Assembly (NCBI RefSeq): GCF_028368995.1
Contig: NZ_JAQNDL010000001.1
Span: forward strand, 2,560,001-2,624,000
Length of the DNA: 64,000 nt
DNA from: Nannocystis bainbridge
GTDB lineage: Bacteria; Myxococcota_A; Polyangia; Nannocystales; Nannocystaceae
Reading direction: 5' to 3'
Each line of letters opens with the position of its first letter. Position 1 is the stretch's first letter. The notes beneath the pieces are model-generated. The model searched no databases. It worked only from the letters and a program-made list of their open reading frames with translations, and was not told where the DNA came from. Below, piece after piece: positions 21,772 to 36,261 of the stretch. A program made the position numbers and the translations under genes.

Positions 21772-22572
21772 TCAGCCCGGCTTGCGCATGAACACCAGGT
21801 ATTGGTACGGCAAAAGCTCGCGGTCGGTCCGCTCGTGGGTGAGCCCGAGCTTGGTCAGGTGCGCCGCCACCAGAGTGTCGTCGACCCGCATCGCCGCCGG
21901 CGGCCCCGGGGCGTCATCCGGCGCGTCTTTCTTGAAATCGACGACCACCAACAGCCCGCCGGGCTTCAGCGCCTCGCGGACCTTGCCGAAGAAGCGCGTC
22001 GGCTCGTCGATGTGATGATAGGTGTCGACCATCAGCGCCACGTCGAGGCCGGCAGGCAGCTTCGGATCGGCCACGTCGCCCTGGGCCGTGGTCACGTTGG
22101 CGAGCCCCTCCTTGGCCGCGCGCTCGCCGATCCATCGCACCATGCCGGGCTCGAGGTCGTTGGCGATCACACGCCCCTGGGGCACCGCCGCGGCCAGCCG
22201 CACCGTGAAGTAACCGGTGCCCGCGCCGAGGTCGGCCACCGTCATCGCCGGCGTCAACTGCAGCGCCGCGACCACCTCGTCCGGCTTCTGCCAGGCCGCG
22301 CGCTCGGGGCTGTCGAACTGGGCCGTCCACTCGGCCGGATCGGTGAAGCGATGGCCCTTGTGGTGCCCGCGCCCGCGGTGGTCGGAGTAGGCCTGCGCCT
22401 CCTCCTCGTGCTCCTGGGCGTGGAAGGCCCGCTCCTTGCTGGCCTCGTGGTCATGTCCCTCAGGACCTGCCTTCTCGGACATGTTCTTCGGGTCCTGTCC
22501 CGGGGACCCGGCGGGCGGCTTCCCGCACCCGACCAGGGCCCCGGCGATCGCGGCGATCACGGCGGTTCGCAT
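21772..22572 (-). CDS. Class I SAM-dependent methyltransferase with lipoprotein signal
   Basis: RAAWQKP, VADLGAGTGYF, DTYHHI and LKPGG. The N-terminus is MRTAVIAAIAGALVGC. Confidence 0.9.
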   Translation of the reverse strand: MRTAVIAAIAGALVGCGKPPAGSPGQDPKNMSEKAGPEGHDHEASKERAFHAQEHEEEAQAYSDHRGRGHHKGHRFTDPAEWTAQFDSPERAAWQKPDEVVAALQLTPAMTVADLGAGTGYFTVRLAAAVPQGRVIANDLEPGMVRWIGERAAKEGLANVTTAQGDVADPKLPAGLDVALMVDTYHHIDEPTRFFGKVREALKPGGLLVVVDFKKDAPDDAPGPPAAMRVDDTLVAAHLTKLGLTHERTDRELLPYQYLVFMRKPG

Positions 22573-22586
22573 GCCCGACCATACCC

Positions 22587-23261
22587 TCAGCGCAGCAGCG
22601 CGGAAAGCCGGGCGCGCACCCCGGGCCACGGCGTCCACGCCGGGTCGGGCGGGTCGCCGCCGGCCAGGACGCCGAAGAAGCGCATGCCGCAGGTCTCGGC
22701 GAACTTCTGGTCGGCGAACGCCCGGTCGCCGACCATGACCATGCGCTCGCCCGCCAGCCCCATGCCCGCCAGGGTGCGCGCCGCCATCCGCGCCGCCGGC
22801 TTCATCGCCCCGTGCTCCTCGGTCACCAGCGAGAAGTGGAACAGCGACGGATCGATGCCGAGCGCGCGCAGACGGTCGTGAGCGCCGCGATAGTCGCTGA
22901 CGAGCCCGAGCCGCAGGCCGCCGGCGCGCAGCCGCAGCAGCAGCTCGGCCGCGCCGGGGTAGGCCCGCCCGGCCCGCTCGACGGCCCGCAGCACCTGCGG
23001 CTCGTAGCTGTCGGCGATCCACCGGCGCCAGACGTCCTGCTTGCCCGGGTCGCCCGCGAGCCGCTGCAACGTCTCGCGCGCCAGCGTCCCGGCGTCGTCG
23101 AAGTCGACCCCCGCGAGCCCTGTGCGCACCCGCGTGTACCGCCACAGCCGCGGCAGCGCCGGCAGCATGCGCGTCATCACGAACCGCTCGACCGGCCGCT
23201 TGTCGTAGAGCGTGCCGTCGAGGTCGAACACGACCCCGGCGATCGCACCGTCACTCGCCAT
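22587..23261 (-). CDS. HAD-family hydrolase
   Basis: FDLDGTL motif I, KP, and VGD...D motif IV. Confidence 0.9.
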   Translation of the reverse strand: MASDGAIAGVVFDLDGTLYDKRPVERFVMTRMLPALPRLWRYTRVRTGLAGVDFDDAGTLARETLQRLAGDPGKQDVWRRWIADSYEPQVLRAVERAGRAYPGAAELLLRLRAGGLRLGLVSDYRGAHDRLRALGIDPSLFHFSLVTEEHGAMKPAARMAARTLAGMGLAGERMVMVGDRAFADQKFAETCGMRFFGVLAGGDPPDPAWTPWPGVRARLSALLR

Positions 23262-23280
23262 GATGCCCCCTCGCCCGCCC

Positions 23281-23416
23281 GCTCATGCCCCCGAGGACCT
23301 GTCCTCCGGGACACCCTCTCGAGGAGACCGCGGCCGCTCGTCGTTCGCCGCAATCTGTCCCCGAGGACATGCTCTTACGCACCGGTCCTTTCGCGCAGGT
23401 CCCGAAGGACATGCCC
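23281..23416. repeat. Degenerate 14-bp-period array spanning about 10 periods
   Basis: CATG 23284, CCTG 23298, CATG 23368, CCGG 23382, CAGG 23396 and CATG 23410 all share one 14-bp register. Confidence 0.75.
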
Positions 23417-23438
23417 TCTCGACCAGCCGCGCCAGCCA

Positions 23439-24431
23439 TCAGAACACCTCGCGCACCAGCTGGAGCACGCGCCCGCCGCGGCTCGCGCGCGCCGGCGTGC
23501 GCGCGCCCGCGTCGGTGCCCGGCAGGTCGGCGATCAGGCGGTGCAGCCCCGGATCGTGGGCCTCGCCCTGCGGACGCAGCGCCCCGCGGACGAACGCCAG
23601 CAGCGCCGCGCCCGTCCACACGACCTTCTCGAGCGCCGGCACCACCGTGCGCCCGGCCAGCGCGTCGCCGCCGTGACGCCGCAGCCGCAGCCCGATCGCC
23701 CGGTACACCCGGCTGGCCACCACGATCGCCAGCCGCGTGCGCCACGGGATGAACCGCAGCCCCGCGTCGGCGCTGGCATAGTAGCGCTCGGCCAGCGCCA
23801 GCACGTCGAGCACCACCGAGGCCACCGCCTCGCGCCCGGCCGTCCCGTCCAGCAGCGCCGCCGGGCTGGTGCCGGCGAAATCGAGCCGCGTCTCCGGCAG
23901 GTACACCCGCCCGCGCCCGGCGTCCTCGGCGACGTCGCGGGCGATGTTGGTCAGCTGCATGGCGATCCCGAGGTCGAGCGCGAACGGCGTGGCCTGCGGA
24001 TCGCGGGCGCCGATCACCCCGCACATCATCAGCCCGACGGTCCCCGCGACCTGGTAGCAGTAGCGCAGCAGCGCCGCGTCGTCGGGCAGCGCCACCGGCC
24101 CGGCGTCGGCGCGCACGCCCGCGATCAGCTCGTGGGCCACGCGCAGCGGCACGCCCCAGCCGGCCAGCAGATCGCGGTAGCACGCGACGAGCGGCCGCGC
24201 CGGCGCGGCCCCCGAGAGCTCGGCCTCGATCGCCCCGACGTCCGCCAGCCCCTCGCCCGGCGCCTGCGCCTCGTCGACCACGTCGTCGACCAGCCGGCAG
24301 AACGCGTACACCACCGCCGCCTCGTCGAGCCGCTCCGCCGGCAGGAACCAGCCCGCCAGGTCGAACGTCCGCGCGTGCCGGGCCAGCGTCGCCCGGCTCT
24401 CGGCCACCACCCGCGCGCGGTCGTAGCTCAT
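23439..24431 (-). CDS. crtB: Phytoene synthase
   Basis: YAFCRLVDDVVDE, YCYQVAGTVG and LGIAMQLTNIARDVAED...RVYLP. ATGA overlap with crtI. Confidence 0.93.
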   Translation of the reverse strand: MSYDRARVVAESRATLARHARTFDLAGWFLPAERLDEAAVVYAFCRLVDDVVDEAQAPGEGLADVGAIEAELSGAAPARPLVACYRDLLAGWGVPLRVAHELIAGVRADAGPVALPDDAALLRYCYQVAGTVGLMMCGVIGARDPQATPFALDLGIAMQLTNIARDVAEDAGRGRVYLPETRLDFAGTSPAALLDGTAGREAVASVVLDVLALAERYYASADAGLRFIPWRTRLAIVVASRVYRAIGLRLRRHGGDALAGRTVVPALEKVVWTGAALLAFVRGALRPQGEAHDPGLHRLIADLPGTDAGARTPARASRGGRVLQLVREVF

Positions 24432-25954
24432 CGGCCCGCTCCTCGCATGTCTCTTGCGACATGTCCCTTGCGACCTGGCTCCGGCATCACCCGCTCGAGC
24501 ACCTTGGCCGAGCACAGCACCCCCGGCATGCCCGCCCCCGGGTGGGTCCCGGCGCCGACGAAATACAGCCCGCGCACGTCCTCGGAGGTGTTGTGATAGC
24601 GGAAGTAGGCCGACTGGGTCAGCCGCGGCTCAGGCCCGAACGCCGCCCCGCCGTACGACTGCAGCGTCGTCTCGAAGTAGCGCGGCGTCACGTGCTTGCG
24701 GGTGACGATGTGCTCGCGCAGGCCCGGCACGTGCTGCTCGGACAGGAAATCGACGATCTTGCCGAAGTAGTCCGCGCCGAGCCGGTCCCAGTCGAGCCCC
24801 TCGGCCTGGGTGTTCGGCACCGGCGAAAGCACGTAGAACGCCTCGCAGCCGGGCGGCGCGAGGTTGGGGTCGGTCCGCGTCGGCGCGTGCAGGTACAGCG
24901 AGAAGTCCTCGGCCAGGATCTTGCGCTCGAAGATGTCCTCGAGCAGCTCGCGGTAGCGCGGCCCGAGGATGATGGTGTGGTGCGCCAGCTCGGGCCAGGT
25001 GCGGTCGGTGCCGAAGTAGCCGACGAACAGCCCCATCGAAAGCTTCTTGCGCTTGACCAGGAAGTCGTTGTTCCACCGACGGTGCCGCGGGGCCACGAGC
25101 CGGGTGTAGACGGTCGCCGGGTCGGCGTTGCTGACGACCGCTCCGCAGGCGATCCGCTCGCCCGCCGCCGTGCGCACCGCCGTCGCCCGCCCGCCCTCGA
25201 CCTCGATCTCCGCCACCGACGCGCCGAGCCGCACCTCGACCCCGAGCTCGTCCAACAGGCGCACCATCGCCTTGACGATCGCCGTCGTCCCACCGAGCGC
25301 GAACTCGACGCCCCACTTGCGCTCGAGCCAGTGGATCAGCGCGTAGATCGCCGGCGCGCGGAACGGGTTGCCGCCGATCAGCAGCGGCTGGAACGTGAAC
25401 ACCTGCCGCAGCCGCTCGTCGGCGATCGACCGGCTGACCCACTCGTACATCGAGCGCCAGCAGCCGAGCCGGGCCAGGTCAGGCACGATCTTCAGCATGT
25501 CGCCGAAGCGATCGAAGGGCCGGTCGACCAGCTCGGTGTAGCCGATGTCGAAGATCTCGCGGGCCTGGGCGGCGAGCCGGCGATAGCCGTCGACGTCGCG
25601 CGGCGAGAATTGCTCGATCTGCGCCAGCAGCCGCGCCTCGTCGCCCACGTAGTCGAACGCCGAACCATCGGGGAACAGCACGCGATAGAACGGATCGACC
25701 GGGACGAATTGCACGTAGTCCCGCCGCTCGCGCCCGACCAGCGCGAACAGCTCGTCGAAGAGGTGACTCGCGGTGACCACCGTCGGCCCGGCGTCGAACG
25801 AGAACCCGTCCTGCTCGAACACCGCGGCGCGCCCGCCCGGCTGGTCCATCGCCTCGAGCACCAGGACCTCGTGGCCGCGGGCCCGCAGGCGGATCGCCGC
25901 CGCCAGCCCCCCGAGCCCCGAACCGATCACGATCACCCTGTCCTGCTCGCTCAT
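24428..25954 (-). CDS. crtI: Phytoene desaturase
   Basis: VIGSGLGGLAAA, FDAGPTV and LYFVGAGTHPGAGMPGVLCSA. Confidence 0.94.
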   Translation of the reverse strand: MSEQDRVIVIGSGLGGLAAAIRLRARGHEVLVLEAMDQPGGRAAVFEQDGFSFDAGPTVVTASHLFDELFALVGRERRDYVQFVPVDPFYRVLFPDGSAFDYVGDEARLLAQIEQFSPRDVDGYRRLAAQAREIFDIGYTELVDRPFDRFGDMLKIVPDLARLGCWRSMYEWVSRSIADERLRQVFTFQPLLIGGNPFRAPAIYALIHWLERKWGVEFALGGTTAIVKAMVRLLDELGVEVRLGASVAEIEVEGGRATAVRTAAGERIACGAVVSNADPATVYTRLVAPRHRRWNNDFLVKRKKLSMGLFVGYFGTDRTWPELAHHTIILGPRYRELLEDIFERKILAEDFSLYLHAPTRTDPNLAPPGCEAFYVLSPVPNTQAEGLDWDRLGADYFGKIVDFLSEQHVPGLREHIVTRKHVTPRYFETTLQSYGGAAFGPEPRLTQSAYFRYHNTSEDVRGLYFVGAGTHPGAGMPGVLCSAKVLERVMPEPGRKGHVARDMRGAGR

Positions 25955-26022
25955 GCCGCTGCGCGAGTGTATCGCCGCAGGCCGCCGGAACACGCCCGCG
26001 GCACCCGTGGTATCCTCACTTC

Positions 26023-26604
26023 GTGACCGCCGCCACCTATGCCGACCTCGTCGCCCACCCCGACGACGTCAAGTCAGAGGTCCTCGGTGGCGAGCTCGTG
26101 ACCCAGCCGAGCGCGACCTTTGGTCACTGTTACGTGCGGAGCGGGCTCGGTCGACTGCTCGGCGGACCTTTCGACTTCGACGACGACGGTCCGGGAGGCT
26201 GGTACATCGTCACCACCGACCTCGACGTCCGCTTCACGGACCACGACATCGTCCGGGCCGACGGCATCGGCTGGCTCCGCCCTCGCCTCGACGGTCGGTA
26301 CGATTCGCTCCCGATCGACGTGGTCCCCGACTGGATCTGCGAGGTCCTATCCCCCTCCTCGACCAAGCGCGACCGCCTGCACAAATTTCAGCTCTACGCC
26401 CGCCACGGCGTCCCTCACTACTGGCTCGTCGATCCCGAGGCGCGCCTGCTCGAAGCCTATGCGCTCGTCGGCGGCGGGTGGAAGAGCATCGGCGTTTACG
26501 ACGAGACCGCCCGCGTCCGCATCGCCCCGTTCGAGGCTATCGAGCTGCCGGTCGGTCACCTCTTCCTGCCCGAGCCGGAAAACCCGGCACCCGCGGCGAC
26601 CTGA
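26023..26604 (+). CDS. Uma2-family (PD-(D/E)xK) endonuclease
   Basis: EVLGGEL...PDWICEVLSPS...YARHGVPHYWLVDP. Confidence 0.9.
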   Translation: MTAATYADLVAHPDDVKSEVLGGELVTQPSATFGHCYVRSGLGRLLGGPFDFDDDGPGGWYIVTTDLDVRFTDHDIVRADGIGWLRPRLDGRYDSLPIDVVPDWICEVLSPSSTKRDRLHKFQLYARHGVPHYWLVDPEARLLEAYALVGGGWKSIGVYDETARVRIAPFEAIELPVGHLFLPEPENPAPAAT

Positions 26605-26755
26605 CCGCTCGCACACGCAAGCGCTGCGCGTGGCTCTCGACCTGTCCCCGAGGACATCCGGCGAGTCACTCTCCCCGCGCCGGAAGATTCGGCACTCGCC
26701 GCGACCCTTCGCAAGCTCCGCCCACGCGTGTCCGCGAGGACATTGGTCGCGTGAC

Positions 26756-31432
<4,677 letters not shown>

Positions 31433-31507
31433 GGGCCCGCGAGTGTACGCGCCCGCCCGCCGCCGCGCACGCTCACCGCGGACGGTCCAGCCCGGTAGCT
31501 GCGGCTC

Positions 31508-33247
31508 TCACGGCGTGAGCACCCCGGTCATCGCCCGCGAGCGCCAGATGTCATGCGAATCGGCGTGGGCCTCGCTGATGCCGCGGCCGCGCTCCGCGGT
31601 GACCTGCACATAATAATGCCCGCCCGGCTCGAGGAACCCGTCGGGGATCGTCACCTCGGTGAACTCGGTGCGGATGCTGCCGAGCGAGCGGCGCAGGATC
31701 GGCCCGTCGATCCCCTCGATGTCGTCGATCGTCCGAATCGTGATCGTGTAGACATCGGGCGCCCCGAATTTCGGCGGCTTGAAGCTGATCGTCGGATTGA
31801 CGCCGACCCCCGCCAGCGAAGCATCGGGCGCCACCGCCGTGCCGTTGACCGCGAGGTCGCGGACCAGCCCGAGCTTCGGCACGATCGGCGCCTGCGTCAA
31901 TTCGTCGAGTCGGCCCTGCACGCTCAGGTCGGCCGCCACGTAGTCGTAGACCCCGCCGCCGCCCGGGTCCTTGACGAACACGTAGCGCGTGCACTGCACC
32001 ACCAGCGTCGGCGTGCCGTCGATCTTTCGGTCGCCGAACTCGAGCTCGAGCACGCGGTCGCCCGGGGTGACGAACATCGTAGCGCAGTCCTCGCCCATGC
32101 ACGCCGGATCGGTCGGCGCGTCGAGCCCGTACACGTTGAAGCCGCCGAGGTTGGGCGTCATGCCGGTGATCGGGTGCTCCGTGCCCGGCTCGAGCACGGC
32201 CGCCACGGAGCAGCCGACCGACTTGAGGTCGGCGTCGTAGATCTGCAGCTCGGCCATGAACTCGCTGGCGCGAAAGTCGACGCTGACCACCTCGCTGGCG
32301 ACCGGCGCGAACGAGCCGGTCGCCGCCGTCGTCGCCCCCGGCAGCATCGCCGGCAACGACAGCTCGGCCGCCTCCGCCAGCACGTAGCGCTGGGCGAACG
32401 ACCACGGGTCCTGCAATTCGGCCCCGGTCGGCGCCGCCACCAGCGGCCCCGCGACCAGGTGACCGAGCCAAAGATCGTCGCCCTTGGTGGCATCGACCAG
32501 CGGCCAGCCGCCGCGGCCCGTGTCGGGCCGCCACGCGATCGTCCATGCATCGATCTCCGTCGCCCCCAATTGCGGCGAGCCCGACGTGTCCTCCGCATCG
32601 AGCACGGGGAACTGCAGCATCAGCGCGTCGGCGTCGTGCGAGTAGAGCTCGAACTGATCCTCCGGCCCGAGCGGCGCCAGATCGCCGACCGAAAGCGTCA
32701 GCCCCGTCGCCGCCTCCCCCGTCGCCGCGACGTCCGGCCGCCCGGCGAAGATCCCCGCGTAGTTGCCGAGCTTGCGCGCCTGCGCGACGAACACGAGCTG
32801 CTGCCCCGGCGCGTCCGGCAGCTCCGGCTCCGCCGGCCTGCGCGTGCGCAGCTGATACACCGCCTCCGGCACGCCCGCGAACTCGAGCCGCGCCTTCTCC
32901 TCGGAGAACAGCGCCGGATAGGTCTGCCCGACCGCGACGATCGCCATCGATGCGTGATCGAGCAGCGGATCGCGGGTCACCACGACCTCGGCCGCGTCAC
33001 GCGGCCGATACGTGCGCACCGCCGAGGCGATCACGCCGGCGAACACCTCCTCCGGCTCGCCGGTCGTCGGCTCCTCGCTCGGCCCCGTCGTCGGTGTCGC
33101 GTCGGTCGTCGGCCCCTCGCCGCCCTCGCTGGTGCTGCTGCTGCTGCCGTCGGTGGTCGTCGCCGGCGCCGCGACGATCGGCGTCGGACAGCCGGCGAGG
33201 GTCAGCAACAGGCCGCTCGCACCCGTCAAGCTCGAGGACAATCGCAT
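31508..33247 (-). CDS. Hypothetical lipoprotein with Thr/Ser-rich linker
   Basis: MRLSSSLTGASGLLLTLAGC lipobox with a GGAG RBS upstream, then a beta-rich body. Confidence 0.8.
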   Translation of the reverse strand: MRLSSSLTGASGLLLTLAGCPTPIVAAPATTTDGSSSSTSEGGEGPTTDATPTTGPSEEPTTGEPEEVFAGVIASAVRTYRPRDAAEVVVTRDPLLDHASMAIVAVGQTYPALFSEEKARLEFAGVPEAVYQLRTRRPAEPELPDAPGQQLVFVAQARKLGNYAGIFAGRPDVAATGEAATGLTLSVGDLAPLGPEDQFELYSHDADALMLQFPVLDAEDTSGSPQLGATEIDAWTIAWRPDTGRGGWPLVDATKGDDLWLGHLVAGPLVAAPTGAELQDPWSFAQRYVLAEAAELSLPAMLPGATTAATGSFAPVASEVVSVDFRASEFMAELQIYDADLKSVGCSVAAVLEPGTEHPITGMTPNLGGFNVYGLDAPTDPACMGEDCATMFVTPGDRVLELEFGDRKIDGTPTLVVQCTRYVFVKDPGGGGVYDYVAADLSVQGRLDELTQAPIVPKLGLVRDLAVNGTAVAPDASLAGVGVNPTISFKPPKFGAPDVYTITIRTIDDIEGIDGPILRRSLGSIRTEFTEVTIPDGFLEPGGHYYVQVTAERGRGISEAHADSHDIWRSRAMTGVLTP

Positions 33248-33420
33248 CGCTCCAATCTCCTGCAGATCGGCGCACGCATACAACCCCTCCGCGGCGCGGG
33301 CCCGCGGCCCCACTGCGAGTCGCCGCCCCATATGCGCCGCAGCGCGGCCGACGCTCGCGAGCGTTAGCGCGCGAGCGGCCAGCAGCCCGCACGCCCGCGC
33401 TTCGGGCATCATCGCCGCCC

Positions 33421-35007
33421 GTGTTCGCCCGCCGCGAAATCGGCACCGCCCTGGCGCTCGCCGGCATCGCCGGCCTGTCGTGCCTGGTCCGCCTGCCCGG
33501 CTTCCGCGAGGGCGGGTTCGCCTCCCACGACGTCGGCGGGATCCTCTACGAGGCAATGCTCCTGCGCGCCGGCGGCCTGCCCTACGTCGACGCGATCGAG
33601 CTCAAGGCCCCGGGCACCTTCTACCTCGCCACCGTGCTCGCCGGCCCCGACGGGCGTGACATCGCCGCCTTCCAGATCGCCGCCAACCTGGTCGCCCTCG
33701 CCTCCTTGTTGGTGCTCGCCGTGCTCGCCTGGCGGCTGTGGGGCGCCCGCGCGGCCGTCGTCGCCGCCGCGCTGTACGCCCTGCACGACGCCCACCTCGA
33801 CAGCATGGACGCCAACTACGTCACCTGGGCCCAGCTGCCGGCGATCGCCGCCGGGCTGTGCGCGGCGCGGGCGGCCGCCTGGCGCGAAGAACCTGTCTCT
33901 TCGCGCAGGTCCTTCGGGACATGGCTCCTGGGCGGGGTGATGTGCGGCCTGGCCGCGCTGTGCAAGCAGCCCTCCGGCGTCGTGCTCCTGCCGGTGTTGT
34001 TCTGGGCCGTGTGCCCGCCGGGGCGCCGCGACCTCCGGGCCGGTCTCGCCGTGCTCGCCGGCTTCCTGCTCGCGCACCTGCCGGTCGGCCTGCACTACCT
34101 CGCCCGCGGCCACCTCGGCGCGCTGCTCGGCGGCTACGTGTGGAACCCGTGGGGCTTCGAGTACATCGCCCGCAACACGGCCGCCACCGCGCCGGCGCGG
34201 GCCGCCTGGGAGCTGCTCGCGGCGGCGGTCCACTTCCTGGCCCTGCCGCTGGCGCTGGCGCTGTTGGCCCTGACCGCCCGTCCTCGAGGACATGCCGCGA
34301 AGGACATGTCCCAAGGTACTCCATCCCATGTCTCGAAGGACAGCCGCGAGGTCCCCGGCGCCACCCGCTTCCTGCTCGCCTGGACCGCCGCCGCCGTGGC
34401 CGCCGCCGCCACCGGCCTGCGCTTCTACAAGGGCTACTGGCTCGGCGTCCTGCCGCCGCTGTGCCTCCTCGCCGCCGCGCCGTGGGGCGTCTGCGCCGCT
34501 GCCCCGTGGCGACGCGGCTGGCCGCGCCTCGTGCTCGCCCCGCTGATCCTCGCCCTGACCGTGCGCGCCGCCTGGGCCGTGCGCCTGACGCGAGACGACC
34601 GCGCCCGCCCGCACGACGAGGGCGCCCGCGCGATCGGTCGCTGGCTCGGCGACCGCACCGGCCCGGACGACACCATCTGGGTGTGGGGCTGGCACCTGTG
34701 GGGCGTGCACGCCTACAGCGGCCGGCTGTCGGCCAGCCGCGTCTACAAGACCCTCGGCCTGCTGACCACCACGCCCGACGACACCTGGCGCACCCCCGCC
34801 GGCCCGCCGCAGATGCTGGCCGACGGCCCGTGGGCGCAGCAGCTCCTGCGCGACCTGGCCGCCGCTCCGCCGGCGTTCGTGGCGATCGGCGGCACGGCCC
34901 CGAAGCACGAATTCCCGGCCCTGCGCCGCTTCCTCGCCGCGCACTACGTCCGCGACTACGGCCTGCGCTTCGGCAAGGTGGAGATCTGGCGCCGCGCGGA
35001 CCGCTGA
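33421..35007 (+). CDS. GT-C/ArnT-like polytopic membrane glycosyltransferase
   Basis: GGLPYVDAIELKAPG, LCKQP and DTIWVWG with many transmembrane helices. GTG start is uncertain. Confidence 0.75.
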   Translation: MFARREIGTALALAGIAGLSCLVRLPGFREGGFASHDVGGILYEAMLLRAGGLPYVDAIELKAPGTFYLATVLAGPDGRDIAAFQIAANLVALASLLVLAVLAWRLWGARAAVVAAALYALHDAHLDSMDANYVTWAQLPAIAAGLCAARAAAWREEPVSSRRSFGTWLLGGVMCGLAALCKQPSGVVLLPVLFWAVCPPGRRDLRAGLAVLAGFLLAHLPVGLHYLARGHLGALLGGYVWNPWGFEYIARNTAATAPARAAWELLAAAVHFLALPLALALLALTARPRGHAAKDMSQGTPSHVSKDSREVPGATRFLLAWTAAAVAAAATGLRFYKGYWLGVLPPLCLLAAAPWGVCAAAPWRRGWPRLVLAPLILALTVRAAWAVRLTRDDRARPHDEGARAIGRWLGDRTGPDDTIWVWGWHLWGVHAYSGRLSASRVYKTLGLLTTTPDDTWRTPAGPPQMLADGPWAQQLLRDLAAAPPAFVAIGGTAPKHEFPALRRFLAAHYVRDYGLRFGKVEIWRRADR

Positions 35008-35074
35008 AATGACATGTCCATTGCGACATGTTCATGTCGCCATGTCATTCCCCCGCGGCCGACCGCGACGACCG

Positions 35075-35101
35075 GGCAAAGATCGACCGATCGCAGGCAA
35101 A
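35075..35101 (+). promoter_or_regulatory. Possible AraC-type operator
   Basis: GGCAAA at 35075 and 35096 (21-bp direct-repeat spacing typical of AraC sites) upstream of the oxidoreductase. An AraC gene lies adjacent. Confidence 0.35.
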
Positions 35102-35145
35102 CCCGCGCCCTGGCGCCGATGCGACGCCAGGCCGACATTGGCGGC

Positions 35146-36183
35146 ATGCGAACGCGACGGACTCGACGCGGAGGCCTCACGCGGCGGCGGTTGCTCGGAT
35201 GGGCCGGGCTGACCGGCCTGCTGGGGTGCTCGCGCCGCTCGCCCGTCGCGCCCCCGCAGGAGGGCTCGACCATGGATTTCGACATCGTCATCGTCGGCGG
35301 CGGACCGGCCGGCCTCAGCGCCGCCCTCGCGCTCGGGCGCGCCCGCAAGCGCGTGCTCGTGTGCGACGCCGGCGCGCCGCGCAACCTCGCCGCCGCCCAC
35401 ATCCAGGGCTTCGTCACCCGCGACGGCACGCCGCCCGCGGAGTTCCGCCGGATCGCCCGCGCCGAGCTGACCGCCTATCCGGGCGTCGTCGTGCGCGACA
35501 CCCGGGTGCTCGACATCGCCGCGCAGGCCCCCGACGCCTTCGCCGTCACCCTCGCCGGCGACGCCCGCGTGACCGCGCGCCGCGTGCTGCTGTGCACCGG
35601 CCTCGTCGACGAGCTGCCGCCGCTGCCCGGCATCGCCGAGTTCTGGGCCACCAGCGTGCATTTGTGCCCCTACTGCCACGGCTGGGAGCTGCGCGAGCGG
35701 CCGCTCGGCTACCTGTGCCCGGACCCGGCGATGCTCGAGTGGGCGCTGCTGCTGCGCGGCTGGTCGCCCACGGTCGTGGTGTTCACCGACGACGCCTTCG
35801 CCGTGCCCGCCGACACGCGCGCGCACCTGCAGCAGGCCGGCGTGGCGATCGAGCCGCGCAAGCTGAAGCGGCTGGTCGGCGCCGGCACGCTGACCGCGGC
35901 CGAGCTGACAGACGGCGACCGGATCGCCATCGAGGGCCTGTTCGTGCGGCCGAAGCAGCATCAGGTCCCGATCGTCGCCGGCCTCGGGCTCACGCTCGAC
36001 GAGCACGGCTTCGTCAAGGTCGACGATTTTAAGCAGACCTCGCGCCCGGGCATCTACGCCGCCGGCGACCTCACGACCGGCCTGCAGGGCGCCATCTTCT
36101 CCGCCGCCGCCGGCTACCTCGCCGGTGCCGCGATCAACCACGGCCTGACGACCGAGCTGGCGCTGCGCGGCGAGCTCGAGTGA
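35146..36183 (+). CDS. TrxB-like NAD(P)/FAD-dependent oxidoreductase (CPYC type)
   Basis: IVGGGPAGLSAA, CPYCHGWE and TSRPGIYAAGD. Alternative start ATG 35272 has a GGAGGG RBS. Confidence 0.9.
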   Translation: MRTRRTRRGGLTRRRLLGWAGLTGLLGCSRRSPVAPPQEGSTMDFDIVIVGGGPAGLSAALALGRARKRVLVCDAGAPRNLAAAHIQGFVTRDGTPPAEFRRIARAELTAYPGVVVRDTRVLDIAAQAPDAFAVTLAGDARVTARRVLLCTGLVDELPPLPGIAEFWATSVHLCPYCHGWELRERPLGYLCPDPAMLEWALLLRGWSPTVVVFTDDAFAVPADTRAHLQQAGVAIEPRKLKRLVGAGTLTAAELTDGDRIAIEGLFVRPKQHQVPIVAGLGLTLDEHGFVKVDDFKQTSRPGIYAAGDLTTGLQGAIFSAAAGYLAGAAINHGLTTELALRGELE

Positions 36184-36188
36184 CCGCG

Positions 36189-36254
36189 CCTCATGTCCTC
36201 GAGGACATGCTCTTGAGGCCATGTCCTCGAGCAAATGTCCTCAAGGACATCAAC
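36189..36254. repeat. 14-bp-period CATG-core array, 5 units
   Basis: Cores at 36192, 36206, 36220, 36234 (AATG) and 36248 (CATC). Contains the perfect palindrome CATGTCCTCGAGGACATG. Confidence 0.9.
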
Positions 36255-36261
36255 AAAAAAA

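Noticed and set aside
36189-36254. The decamer matches the p53 half-site consensus RRRCWWGYYY
   Set aside because: No p53-family protein is expected in bacteria or seen here. Treated as coincidence, though it shows that such decamers suit dimeric binders.
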